Made by a program: the position numbers and the translations under genes
Shown here: in pieces, positions 19,383-28,728 of the stretch
How the letters are laid out: each line of letters starts with the position of its first letter
Numbering within the stretch: the stretch's first letter is position 1
Notes under the pieces: generated by a model
What the model saw: only the letters and a program-made list of their open reading frames with translations
Told to the model about the DNA's origin: nothing
The model's database searches: none
NCBI GenBank assembly: GCA_947628695.1
Contig: CANRAV010000005.1
Span: forward strand, 9,354 to 73,353
Direction of reading: 5' to 3'
Origin: an uncultured Clostridia bacterium
GTDB taxonomy: Bacteria > Bacillota > Clostridia > Oscillospirales > CAG-382
Length of the DNA stretch: 64,000 nucleotides

Positions 19383-20240
19383 TTAAAAAGTGTACCTTGC
19401 GGAAGCGCCGCAGGGAAGCAAAAACCCGCTTGCCTTTACGGGAAGCCCAAGCTCACCGCTTTCGACCCTGCCGCCGAAGCGCCGTTTCAGCGCGTTTGCA
19501 AGCACGTAGCCGCAGGTGGAGGGGGAAAGCCCCGCAGTGTATGAGTTGAGAAGCACAAAAAGCGGGGCGTCCGAAATAAGCGGCACAAGGTCGGCAACCA
19601 GCCCGTCGAGGTCGGCCTCCAGCGACCACTTCTCGCCGTTAGGGCCTCTCCCATAGGACGGAGGATCGAGAATTATGGCGTCGTACCTGTTCCCTCTCCT
19701 CTGCTCGCGCTTTACAAACTTAAAGCAGTCGTCCACTATAAAGCGTATGCCGTCCTGCCTTACGCCGCTTTTCACTGCGTTCTGCTTTGCGCGCGCGACC
19801 ATGCCCTTAGAGGCGTCCACGTGGCACACAAAGGCCCCCGCCTTAGCCGCCGCAACGGATGCGCCGCCCGTGTACGCGAACAGGTTTAAAAGCCTTATCC
19901 TCCTGCCGGAACGCCTTATCATCTCCGAAAACCAGTCCCAGTTGGCGGCCTGCTCCGGGAACACGCCGGTGTGCTTAAAGCCCATCGGGGACACGACAAA
20001 GCGCATGTCTCTGTAGCCTATCTCCCACTCCTCCGGTATGTCCTTCTTTATCCAGCTGCCTCCGCCGCCGGAGGAGCGCCTGTATATCCCCTGCGCACGT
20101 CTCCACTCTGCGCCGTCTCCTCCGCCCCATATTACCTGCGGGTCGGGACGCTCCAGCACATAGCTTCCCCATCTTTCAAGCCGCTTCCCGCCGCCGGCGT
20201 CAAGCAGCTCGTAGTCCTTCCATTCGGACGCTGCAAACAT
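19383..20240 (-). CDS. Class I SAM-dependent methyltransferase (RlmI/RlmK-like)
   Basis: HTGVFPEQ, LNLFAYTGG, ILDPPSYG. Confidence 0.88.
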   Translation of the reverse strand: MFAASEWKDYELLDAGGGKRLERWGSYVLERPDPQVIWGGGDGAEWRRAQGIYRRSSGGGGSWIKKDIPEEWEIGYRDMRFVVSPMGFKHTGVFPEQAANWDWFSEMIRRSGRRIRLLNLFAYTGGASVAAAKAGAFVCHVDASKGMVARAKQNAVKSGVRQDGIRFIVDDCFKFVKREQRRGNRYDAIILDPPSYGRGPNGEKWSLEADLDGLVADLVPLISDAPLFVLLNSYTAGLSPSTCGYVLANALKRRFGGRVESGELGLPVKASGFLLPCGASARYTF

Positions 20241-20251
20241 CTGTAGCTCCT

Positions 20252-21319
20252 TTAGTCGTCAAATATTTTCGCTTGCTCCGGCGCCTCTTTGGGCGGAACA
20301 AAGCCCATGTGCCTGTAAGCGCCCGCAGTTGCGCACCTGCCGCGCGGTGTGCGGTTTATAAACCCAAGCTGAAGAAGGTACGGCTCGTACACGTCCTCAA
20401 GCGTCACCGCCTCCTCGCCCGTCACGGCCGCAAGCGTCTCAAGCCCCACCGGGCCGCCGCCGAAGTGCTTTATTATCGCGGTAAGCATCCTTCTGTCCGT
20501 CGCGTCAAGGCCAAGCGCGTCTATGTCAAGGCTGCCAAGCGCCTTGTCCGCAATGGGGCGGTCGATAACGCCGTCGCCCATCACCTGCGCAAAGTCCCGC
20601 ACGCGCTTTAAAAGTCTGTTCGCTATCCTCGGCGTCCCGCGTGACCTCTTCGCTATCTCCAAAGCACCCGCCGGCAGTATGTCTATCCCAAGGATGCCGG
20701 CGCTCCTCGTCACTATGCGGGAAAGCTCCTCCGGGCTGTACATCTCCAGACGGAAAAGCATCCCGAACCTGTCCCTAAGCGGGGCGGAAAGCTGCCCGGC
20801 GCGCGTGGTTGCGCCGATAAGCGTAAAGGGCTTAAGCGGTATGCGTATGCTGCGCGCCGCAGGCCCCTTGCCCATCATCAGGTCAAGCGAGAAGTCCTCC
20901 ATTGCGGAGTAAAGCACCTCCTCCACCTGCCGAGGCAGCCTGTGTATCTCGTCTATAAAAAGTATGTCGTTGGTGCCAAGCGTCGTAAGCAGCGCCGCAA
21001 GGTCGCGTCCCTTCTCTATGGCCGGGCCGCTTGTGACCTTAAGGCTTACGCCAAGCTCCTCCGCAATTATCATGGAAAGCGTCGTCTTGCCCAGCCCGGG
21101 CGGGCCGTGCAGCAGCACGTGGTCAAGGTTGTCGCCCCTGTCCTTTGCGGCCGCTATGAAAACCGCAAGGTTCTCCTTTATCTTCTCCTGGCCGACGTAG
21201 TCGTCCAGGGTCTTGGGACGAAGCGAATTCTCGTTCTCCGCATCCTCGGCGCTCTCTTCCATCGCCAAAAGTCTGCTTTCATAGCCAAATTCATATTCAC
21301 TGCCCGTGTTAAGCGGCAT
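20252..21319 (-). CDS. ruvB: Holliday junction branch migration ATPase
   Basis: [33 protein letters not shown]. Confidence 0.97.
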   Translation of the reverse strand: MPLNTGSEYEFGYESRLLAMEESAEDAENENSLRPKTLDDYVGQEKIKENLAVFIAAAKDRGDNLDHVLLHGPPGLGKTTLSMIIAEELGVSLKVTSGPAIEKGRDLAALLTTLGTNDILFIDEIHRLPRQVEEVLYSAMEDFSLDLMMGKGPAARSIRIPLKPFTLIGATTRAGQLSAPLRDRFGMLFRLEMYSPEELSRIVTRSAGILGIDILPAGALEIAKRSRGTPRIANRLLKRVRDFAQVMGDGVIDRPIADKALGSLDIDALGLDATDRRMLTAIIKHFGGGPVGLETLAAVTGEEAVTLEDVYEPYLLQLGFINRTPRGRCATAGAYRHMGFVPPKEAPEQAKIFDD

Positions 21320-21345
21320 TTGTCATCGCCCCCTTTTTTGCACTT

Positions 21346-21924
21346 CTATATCACCGAAAGGCGCTTCAACGCCTCCGAAATCTTCTCTTCAAGCCCCAGC
21401 GAAGGGTCAAGCCCCGCAAGTGCCTTCGCCGCCTCTTCCCTGCGGTAGCCAAGCACAAGCAGCGCGTCCATGGCGCCTGCGTCCTCCGGGCGGTAAGCGC
21501 CCCCGGCCGGGACGTGCGCGTCCGCAAGCTTGCCGCCAAGCTCCAGTATTATCTTCTGCGCGATTTTAAGCCCCACACCCTTGGCAGAGCTTATCGCCCT
21601 TGCGTCACCCGCGCTTACGGCCGCCGCAAGGCGCTGCGGGTCAAGGGCCGTAAGTATGCTTACGGCCGCCTTCGGACCGACGCCCGAGACCGATATCAGA
21701 AGGCGGAAAAGCTCGCCCTCCTCCTCCGTGGCAAAGCCGTAAAGCTCCATCACGTCCTCGCGGACGTTAAGATACGTAAAAAGCTTCGCCTCTCCCCCGG
21801 AAAGCCGTGCGAGATATGCGCGGCTGGTGCCGCTTATCCAAAGCTTATAGCACACGCCGCCGCAGTCTATGGCGGCAAAATCCTCGCCGACTGCCGCAAG
21901 TGCGCCTCTTATGTAGTAGAACAC
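21346..21924 (-). CDS. ruvA: Holliday junction branch migration protein A
   Basis: VRED..LYGF, VSGVGPK, GVGLKIAQKIILEL; GTG start. Confidence 0.95.
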   Translation of the reverse strand: MFYYIRGALAAVGEDFAAIDCGGVCYKLWISGTSRAYLARLSGGEAKLFTYLNVREDVMELYGFATEEEGELFRLLISVSGVGPKAAVSILTALDPQRLAAAVSAGDARAISSAKGVGLKIAQKIILELGGKLADAHVPAGGAYRPEDAGAMDALLVLGYRREEAAKALAGLDPSLGLEEKISEALKRLSVI

Positions 21925-21925
21925 G

Positions 21926-22414
21926 TCAATACCCCCTGCCGCGGTGCATAACAAAGTTTGCGTGGCATATGGCAATGGCAAGCGCGTCTGCCGTGTCGTC
22001 CGGCTTCGGCACCTCCTTAAGCCCCAAAAGCAGCTTTGTCATGTACATTATCTGCCCCTTTTCCGCCCTGCCGTAGCCGACAAGGTTCTGCTTTATCTGA
22101 AGAGGGGTGTACTCGTAAATGTCAACGCCGCACTTCTCCGCCGCAAGGAGTATCGCCCCCCTGCCCTGTGCCACGTCTATGGCAGTCTTCGCGTTTTTGT
22201 TGAAGAACAGCTCCTCCACGGCGACGGCTGCCGGACCGTGCCTTTTTATGATGCCGATAATATCATCGTATATCTTACAGATGCGCTTTTCAAGCAAGGT
22301 GTGCGCTTCCGTGACCACCGCGCCGTACTCCAGCGCGCGGAAGGTGCCGCCCTCGGTCGCAATAACGCCGTAGCCGACCGTGGCTATCCCCGGGTCTATC
22401 CCCAATATTACCAA
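21926..22414 (-). CDS. ruvC: Crossover junction endodeoxyribonuclease
   Basis: ILGIDPG, EELFF, EYTPLQIK, PDDTADALAIAICH; TTG start. Confidence 0.96.
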   Translation of the reverse strand: MVILGIDPGIATVGYGVIATEGGTFRALEYGAVVTEAHTLLEKRICKIYDDIIGIIKRHGPAAVAVEELFFNKNAKTAIDVAQGRGAILLAAEKCGVDIYEYTPLQIKQNLVGYGRAEKGQIMYMTKLLLGLKEVPKPDDTADALAIAICHANFVMHRGRGY

Positions 22415-22581
22415 GCCCACACCCCCAATATTCCGTATAATTACCCATGCTACTTTATTGTAACACAAGCCCGCCGTTTAGTCAATAATATAAAAAACAA
22501 AAAAAGGTATTGCCAAACTAAAAGTTTTATATTATTATACTGTATGTAAAATCTAAAATTTGTTTGGAGGTTTTTGTAACA

Positions 22582-22815
22582 ATGAAAGAAAGAATTATAG
22601 AGGTATTGGCAAAGCAGCTGCGCATCGACCCTTCGGAGATAACGGACGACAGCAACATTATGGAGGATCTCGGTGCGGACTCGCTTGACCTTGTGGAGAT
22701 ACTTATGACGCTTGAAAGCGAAATGGGCATTACCATTTCCGACGAGGACGCGCTTACGCTTAAGACCGTGGGCGACGTTACGGATTACCTTGAACGCATC
22801 ACTTCCGATAAATGA
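22582..22815 (+). CDS. acpP: Acyl carrier protein
   Basis: DLGADSLDLVE motif. Confidence 0.95.
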   Translation: MKERIIEVLAKQLRIDPSEITDDSNIMEDLGADSLDLVEILMTLESEMGITISDEDALTLKTVGDVTDYLERITSDK

Positions 22816-23444
22816 GCTATGACACGGTCATATTTGACCTTGACGGCACACTGCTTGACACACTTGGCGACCTGACGGCTGCCGTCGGCAGTGCGCTTGG
22901 CGCACTTTCGCTTCCCCCTATGGGGAAGGAGGAGGTGCGCGCAAGGATAGGCGACGGGCTTAAAAAGCTTATGGAGCGCTGTCTACCTGCCGGTACGGAC
23001 GGTGAGACGGTGGAAAAGGCCATGCTCTCCTTCCGCGCTTACTACGCCGCGCACCTGTTTGACAGCACCGCGGCCTTCCCGGGTGCGTCTGCGCTGCTTG
23101 CGCGCCTTGAAGACGCGGGCATAAAAACGGCCGCCGCGACCAATAAGGACGAGCCTCTTGCCAAAACGCTTATCTCACACTTCTTCGGCGGCCTTGCCGT
23201 TTGCGGCATGTGTGAAGGCAGGCGGCGTAAGCCGAACCCCGACATTGCGCTTGCGTCCCTTGCCGCCTGCGGCGGGGGCGGGAAGGTGCTTTTTGTGGGG
23301 GACTCCGCAACCGACCGGCTGACGGCGAAGGCTTGCGGCTTTGACTTTGCCGGGGTCAACTGGGGCTACGGCGACTGCGGCGGCGGGGTGTTCACGGCAG
23401 AAAATTTTGCCTCTCTTGGCGAATTTATCCTTTCACAAGCTTGA
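22812..23444 (+). CDS. HAD family hydrolase (phosphoglycolate phosphatase-like)
   Basis: FDLDGTLLDT, KPNP, VGDSATD. Confidence 0.9.
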   Translation: MSYDTVIFDLDGTLLDTLGDLTAAVGSALGALSLPPMGKEEVRARIGDGLKKLMERCLPAGTDGETVEKAMLSFRAYYAAHLFDSTAAFPGASALLARLEDAGIKTAAATNKDEPLAKTLISHFFGGLAVCGMCEGRRRKPNPDIALASLAACGGGGKVLFVGDSATDRLTAKACGFDFAGVNWGYGDCGGGVFTAENFASLGEFILSQA

Positions 23445-23509
23445 TTTTGCCCGAAGGATATTATATAATTGAGGTAACAGATACCGTTTTTTAAGGAGGA
23501 AAATGCTTT

Positions 23510-24649
23510 TTGAAGTACATAAAGAACTGTAAAATCGTTCTAAGCGACAGGGTCATAGAGGGCAAGGCGCTTTGCTATGACGAAAAGATCGGCGGCATAG
23601 TGTGCCCGAAGTGCATACCCGAAGGCGCCGAGGTTATAGACGCCGGCGGAAGGTACGTAGCCCCCGGCTTTATCGACCTGCACATCCACGGCTATCTCGG
23701 CGAGGACGCGTCGGACGGCAGCGCGGAGGGCATCCGCAAGATGGCGGAGGGCATCGTTAAAAACGGCGTCACCGGCTGGCTGCCCACGACCATGACCGTG
23801 TCGGTAGAGCAGCTTACCCGCGCTTTTGAGACCGTAGGCGCGCTTAAGGAGCAAAGCAAGGGCTGGAACGGCGCGACGATACTGGGCGTCAACGCGGAAG
23901 GCCCCTACATCAACCCAAGCAAGAAGGGTGCGCAGGCGGAGGAGCACATCTTAAAGCCCGCAGCGGACTTTTACAAGAAGTATGCGGACCTTATAAAGAT
24001 AGCCACCGTGGCGCCGGAGATGGACGAGGGCTTCGCCGCAATACACGAGCTTAAGAAGGACACGGGCATCCTGCTTTCCATGGGTCACACGGGCGCAACC
24101 TACGAGCAGGCGCAGGACGCGATAAACAACGGCATAGGGCACATAACCCATCTGTTCAACGCGCAGACGGCGCTTCAGCACAGGAACCCGGGCGTTGTCG
24201 GCGCAGCGCTTACCAACGACGTAAGCGTGGAGCTTATCTGCGACACCTTCCACATTCACCCCGCACTTTTCTCGCTTGTGGCAAACGTCAAGAAGGACAA
24301 GCTTTGCCTTATAACGGACTGCACCCGTGCCGGCGGCATGCCGGACGGCGAGTACGACCTCGGAGGGCAGAAGTTTGTGCTTAAGGGCATACAGTGCCTG
24401 CTTGAGGACGGTACCATTGCCGGCAGCGTGCTTAAGATGAACGACGCCGTGCTCAACGTGAAGAACAACACCTCCCTTCCCATCTACGAGGTGGTAAAGG
24501 CCGCGTCGTTAAACCCCGCGGCGGCGATAGGCATTGCCGACAAGAAGGGTTCGCTTGACGTGGGCAAGGATGCCGACATTACGATATTTGACGAAAACAT
24601 AAGGATATACAAAACAATCATAGGAGGAACCGTGCGTTATGAAGCTTAA
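23510..24649 (+). CDS. nagA: N-acetylglucosamine-6-phosphate deacetylase
   Basis: PGFIDLHIHG, EGPY, THLFNA, IAGS; TTG start with SD. Confidence 0.95.
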   Translation: MKYIKNCKIVLSDRVIEGKALCYDEKIGGIVCPKCIPEGAEVIDAGGRYVAPGFIDLHIHGYLGEDASDGSAEGIRKMAEGIVKNGVTGWLPTTMTVSVEQLTRAFETVGALKEQSKGWNGATILGVNAEGPYINPSKKGAQAEEHILKPAADFYKKYADLIKIATVAPEMDEGFAAIHELKKDTGILLSMGHTGATYEQAQDAINNGIGHITHLFNAQTALQHRNPGVVGAALTNDVSVELICDTFHIHPALFSLVANVKKDKLCLITDCTRAGGMPDGEYDLGGQKFVLKGIQCLLEDGTIAGSVLKMNDAVLNVKNNTSLPIYEVVKAASLNPAAAIGIADKKGSLDVGKDADITIFDENIRIYKTIIGGTVRYEA

Positions 24650-26012
24650 GGTTACACCCGTTTTAGACCCCGAATTTGCACCGATGTCCGTTGTGTGCAG
24701 GGATTTTGAAGAGGCAGTTAAGGACTGCGGCATTGAGGTTGTTATAGGCGTTGTCAGGAACAACGACTACACCTCTGTTTACAAGACCCGCATATATCCC
24801 GAGGGTACGGGCAAGGACGAGGAGAACTACCGTTACATAGAGAGGCTTGTAAAGACAATGCTTTGGGTGTACGGCGGATACAGGATAGTTGTCGCCGGCG
24901 CGCCTGTTGTCGGCAAGCGCATTGCGGACGCCTACAAGGCGGGCGGAGAGCGCGACTTTGACTATAAGTTTATGGAAAGGGTTTACGAAAAGCCCTTTGA
25001 GGTTGTCGTTACCGACCTTCGGCACGCCCCCGAGAGGAACGAGGCCGCAAGCCCCGTCGGCAGGCACCTTGACGGCTGCCGCATAGGCTTTGACGCCGGC
25101 GGAAGCGACAGGAAGGTCAGCGCCGTTATCGACGGCGAGCCTGTTTACAGCGAGGAAGTGGTTTGGTTCCCGAAGACCAACTCCGACCCGAAGTACCACT
25201 ACGAGGGCATACTTAACGCCATGAAGACGGCCGCCTCGAAGATGCCGCGCGTTGACGCTATCGGCGTTTCCAGCGCGGGCATATATGTCGACAACCGCAT
25301 AATGGTCGCTTCCCTGTTTTTGAAGGTTTCCGACGAGGACTTCGACAAGCACGTTAAAAACATGTACATAGACGTTGCGAAGGAGATAGGCGACGTTCCG
25401 CTTGTTGTCGCCAACGACGGCGACGTTACGGCGCTTGCGGGCGCTATGTCGCTTGAGGACAACAACGTTGTCGGCGTTGCAATGGGCACCTCCGAGGCCG
25501 CCGGCTACGTCGACGGCGCCGGGAACATCACCGGCTGGCTCAACGAGCTTGCCTTTGTCCCCTGCGACTTCAACCCGAAGGCCATGGTCGACGAGTGGTC
25601 GGGCGACTACGGCTGCGGCGTCAAGTACTTCTCGCAGGACGGCGTTATCAAGTACGCGCCCGCTGCCGGCATAGAGCTTGACGAAAGCCTCTCCCCCGCA
25701 GAGAAGCTTAAGGTCGTTCAGAAGCTTATGGCCGAGGGTGACGAACGCGCCGCGAAGGTTTACGCCACGATAGGCGTGTGCTTCGGCTATGCCATTGCGT
25801 ACTACGCACGCTTCTACGATATAAGGCACCTGCTTATAATGGGCAGGGTTACTTCCGGCGAAGGCGGAACTATCCTTATCGCCAAGGCTAAGGAAACGCT
25901 GGAGGCAGAGTTCCCGGAGCTTGCAAAGAAGATTCAGCTTCACATCCCGGACGAAAAAAGCCGCCGCGTAGGTCAGTCTGTCGCCGCCGCTTCCCTTCCC
26001 GAGAGGAATTAG
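24639..26012 (+). CDS. ROK family protein (putative sugar kinase) with an N-terminal extension
   Basis: GFDAGGS, GVSSAG, VANDGD; coupled to nagA. Confidence 0.8.
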   Translation: MKLKVTPVLDPEFAPMSVVCRDFEEAVKDCGIEVVIGVVRNNDYTSVYKTRIYPEGTGKDEENYRYIERLVKTMLWVYGGYRIVVAGAPVVGKRIADAYKAGGERDFDYKFMERVYEKPFEVVVTDLRHAPERNEAASPVGRHLDGCRIGFDAGGSDRKVSAVIDGEPVYSEEVVWFPKTNSDPKYHYEGILNAMKTAASKMPRVDAIGVSSAGIYVDNRIMVASLFLKVSDEDFDKHVKNMYIDVAKEIGDVPLVVANDGDVTALAGAMSLEDNNVVGVAMGTSEAAGYVDGAGNITGWLNELAFVPCDFNPKAMVDEWSGDYGCGVKYFSQDGVIKYAPAAGIELDESLSPAEKLKVVQKLMAEGDERAAKVYATIGVCFGYAIAYYARFYDIRHLLIMGRVTSGEGGTILIAKAKETLEAEFPELAKKIQLHIPDEKSRRVGQSVAAASLPERN

Positions 26013-26017
26013 TTTTT

Positions 26018-26135
26018 CCAAAGGGCACAGCCCTTTGGGGGGTATTTATTTTTTCAAAGGGCACAGCCCTTTGGAACCCAATTTGGCAGCGCAGGCTGCG
26101 CCTTTGCGATGTAAAGGCTGCCTGCACGTATGGGG
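26018..26135 (+). repeat. Partial repeat module B (two ccaaagggcacagccctttgg hairpins)
   Basis: Matches the 3' half of 5850-6049. Confidence 0.85.
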
Positions 26136-26183
26136 TGCTGCTGCACCGCTGCCCGGAAAGCTGCCGGTAAAATCAGAGCAATT

Positions 26184-26225
26184 AAGCCGAAAGGGTGGGA
26201 GATACCGCCTTTTCGGCTTTTTCTT
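26184..26225 (+). terminator. Rho-independent terminator
   Basis: aagccgaaagggtgg/ccgccttttcggctt stem plus T-run. Confidence 0.7.
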
Positions 26226-26320
26226 CCGTTTTTAAATTTTTCTTGCTTTTTCGCTTGCGGAGTTGTATAATTGGGCTGATATAAGCTTTGCTGAAAATAA
26301 AACCGAGGAGGAATTAAAAA

Positions 26321-27358
26321 ATGAAAAAATTCATGGCCGTTATACTGACCCTTATCTTTGTGCTGGGCGCGCTTTCAATCCCCGCAATGGCCGATGACGG
26401 CTCTGCCGCAAGCGGCGAGTGGGGCAGCTTGACCTGGGATCTCGCCGCAGACGGATCCCTTACAATCTCCGGCGCGGGAGAGATGAGCGGATTTATAGTT
26501 TCGGAGGACGCCTGGCGCGAGTATTCCGACAGCATTAAATCCGTTGTGTTGACGGAAGGCGTCACCTCCGTCAGCAACAGCGCCTTCGACGGCTGCGCAT
26601 CCCTCGCAAGCGTAAGCCTTCCCGAAAGCGTCACTTCTATAGGCCCGCATGCCTTTGCCGGCTGCGTATCCCTTGAAAGCGTACAGCTTCCCGCAGGGCT
26701 TACCTCTATCGGCTGGGGCGCGTTCTACGGCTGCAACGCGCTTACGGAGATAAACATACCCGAGGGCGTCAAAAGCATCGGCGACCAAACGTTTTTCGAA
26801 TGCACCGCACTTGAAAGCGTAACCGTTCCCGCAGGCATCACCTCCCTGGGGGTGGGCGCGTTCTACGGCTGCACCGCGCTTAGCCTTGTGTATGTAAAGT
26901 CGCCCGACGCTGCGGCAACGCTTACGGAAGAGGCGGAGATGCTTGAATATGCCGAGACAGTCATCCTCTCCGACGGCATAACCGCAACGGATTACGTAAA
27001 GGAAAACTACACCGACACAGGCTCGGCCGTCATAGACGGCGAAAGCGTGAACTGGTACATGAAGACAGAGGAATGCAACGCTCACTACTACGAGGACGGC
27101 GTGTGCGTTATCTGCGGCGACGTTCTCGGCGGAGAGACGTCCGAGGAACCTTCGGAAGCGTTCGTACTCGGCGACGCTAACGGCGACGGTGCCGTGAACA
27201 ACATCGACGCGTCCCTCGTCCTCCAATACGACGCGGGCGTCGCCGCCCTCGACAGCACCGCACTCGCAGCGGCCGACGTCAACGCCGACAACGCCGTCAA
27301 CAACATCGACGCGTCACGTATCCTCCAGCTTGACGCAGGCGTTATCGGCGGGTTTTAG
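26321..27358 (+). CDS. Secreted BspA-type leucine-rich repeat protein with C-terminal dockerin
   Basis: Signal peptide; five TSIGxxAFxGCxxLxSVxLP repeats; duplicated GDxNGDG dockerin. Confidence 0.9.
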   Translation: MKKFMAVILTLIFVLGALSIPAMADDGSAASGEWGSLTWDLAADGSLTISGAGEMSGFIVSEDAWREYSDSIKSVVLTEGVTSVSNSAFDGCASLASVSLPESVTSIGPHAFAGCVSLESVQLPAGLTSIGWGAFYGCNALTEINIPEGVKSIGDQTFFECTALESVTVPAGITSLGVGAFYGCTALSLVYVKSPDAAATLTEEAEMLEYAETVILSDGITATDYVKENYTDTGSAVIDGESVNWYMKTEECNAHYYEDGVCVICGDVLGGETSEEPSEAFVLGDANGDGAVNNIDASLVLQYDAGVAALDSTALAAADVNADNAVNNIDASRILQLDAGVIGGF

Positions 27359-27376
27359 GATTTGTTTATTTATTAT

Positions 27377-27672
27377 GGCCGAGCCCCGGCTCGGCCTGTG
27401 TTTTTATATGAAGGGACTCGGTCCCTTCATGGCTCTCTGAATTAGGCTTATTTAAAACAATAGCTTTTTAGGCCCAAAGGGCACAGCCATTTGGAATCCC
27501 GAGCCGCCAACGCAGGCTGCGCCTTTGCGGTGTAAAGGCTTGTCACACGTATGAAGCCTTTCATCTATTGTACCGCGCCGCACTTCCCACCCGCGAGCGA
27601 ACGGGAATCTATAATAACTGAAGGCACCCCGGAAAACCGCGTTTTCCGGGGTGCCAACCTTTTAGCCTATTC
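27377..27672. repeat. Composite repeat: module B (27377-27578) joined to internally deleted module A (27591-27672)
   Basis: Same B-A junction (atctattgtaccgcgc) as at 6033-6049. Confidence 0.9.
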
Positions 27673-27708
27673 GGGATCCACGCCGTGTACGTAGTGAGTG
27701 GTGGGGAA

Positions 27709-28716
27709 TCAATAAAAGACAAACTTTTTCTGCAAGAAGAAGTTGACGAAGAACAGGAACACGTCCACGGGCAGCTTTATCCATATCTCGCCGGCGTGCA
27801 GCAGGTTTGTAAACAGCATCACAAGCAGCGAGCCCGTAGAGATAGAGAATATCGCCAGCAGGAAATACGAAAGCGTCGTCCGCCAGCTTGGCGGTGCATG
27901 GAAAACGATCCTTCGCGAAAGCTGATAGTTCACAGACGCCGACACTATCCTCGACCCGAGATACGCCCACTCCGGCTGAACCGGCGTAAGCAGCACCAAA
28001 AGCAGGTACAGCACATAGTCAAGCGCCGTGCAGATAAGCGACGCAGTTATGTGCTTAAGTATCTGCCCGTAAACTATAAGGCTGTCCCTTATCGGGTGGA
28101 AGTGCGAGGAGGCGTTCCCGTCTATGTAAATGGTGTCGATAACCGTCTCTTTTACGGGGATTCCCCACTTTTTAAGGTTGATAAGCACGTTCATCTCGTA
28201 CTCGTACCGGTCGCCCTCTGCGGTGATAAGCTTGTCCGCAGTGCGGCTTGAAAACCCGCGAAGCCCCGTCTGCGTGTCCGAAACGCGCGTGCCCGTGGCA
28301 AGCGCAAAGCTTACGCGCGTAAAGCTGTTGCCGAATCGGCTCCTTGCCGGCATGCCGTCAAAGCGCCGCACGCCGAGACAGAGGCAGTCCGGGTTCTCCT
28401 CCGCAAGCTTCGCAACCGCCCGTATGTCCTTGATGCTGTGCTGGCCGTCGGCGTCCGCAGTGACGGCGACCCACTCGCCCCCGCGCTCCTGCAGATGCCT
28501 TATCGCCGTCTTTAAAGCCGCGCCCTTGCCGCGGTTCTCCCCGTGCTCTATTACCTCTGCGCCGGCCTCCCTCGCCGCTGCGAAGAAGTGCGCGCACTCT
28601 TCCCTGCTGCCGTCGTTTACGGCAAGCACGTCAAACTCCCCCACAAGCCCCTTTACAAGCTCTTCAAAATGCTCCTCTGGGTTGTAGGCCGGTATTATAA
28701 CCGTTGCCTTTGGCAT
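27709..28716 (-). CDS. Bifunctional GT2 glycosyltransferase / GtrA family protein
   Basis: IIPAYNP, NDGS, NRGKGAALK, ADADGQH, DTQTGLR; four C-terminal TM segments. Confidence 0.92.
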   Translation of the reverse strand: MPKATVIIPAYNPEEHFEELVKGLVGEFDVLAVNDGSREECAHFFAAAREAGAEVIEHGENRGKGAALKTAIRHLQERGGEWVAVTADADGQHSIKDIRAVAKLAEENPDCLCLGVRRFDGMPARSRFGNSFTRVSFALATGTRVSDTQTGLRGFSSRTADKLITAEGDRYEYEMNVLINLKKWGIPVKETVIDTIYIDGNASSHFHPIRDSLIVYGQILKHITASLICTALDYVLYLLLVLLTPVQPEWAYLGSRIVSASVNYQLSRRIVFHAPPSWRTTLSYFLLAIFSISTGSLLVMLFTNLLHAGEIWIKLPVDVFLFFVNFFLQKKFVFY

Positions 28717-28728
28717 CGTAAAACTCCT

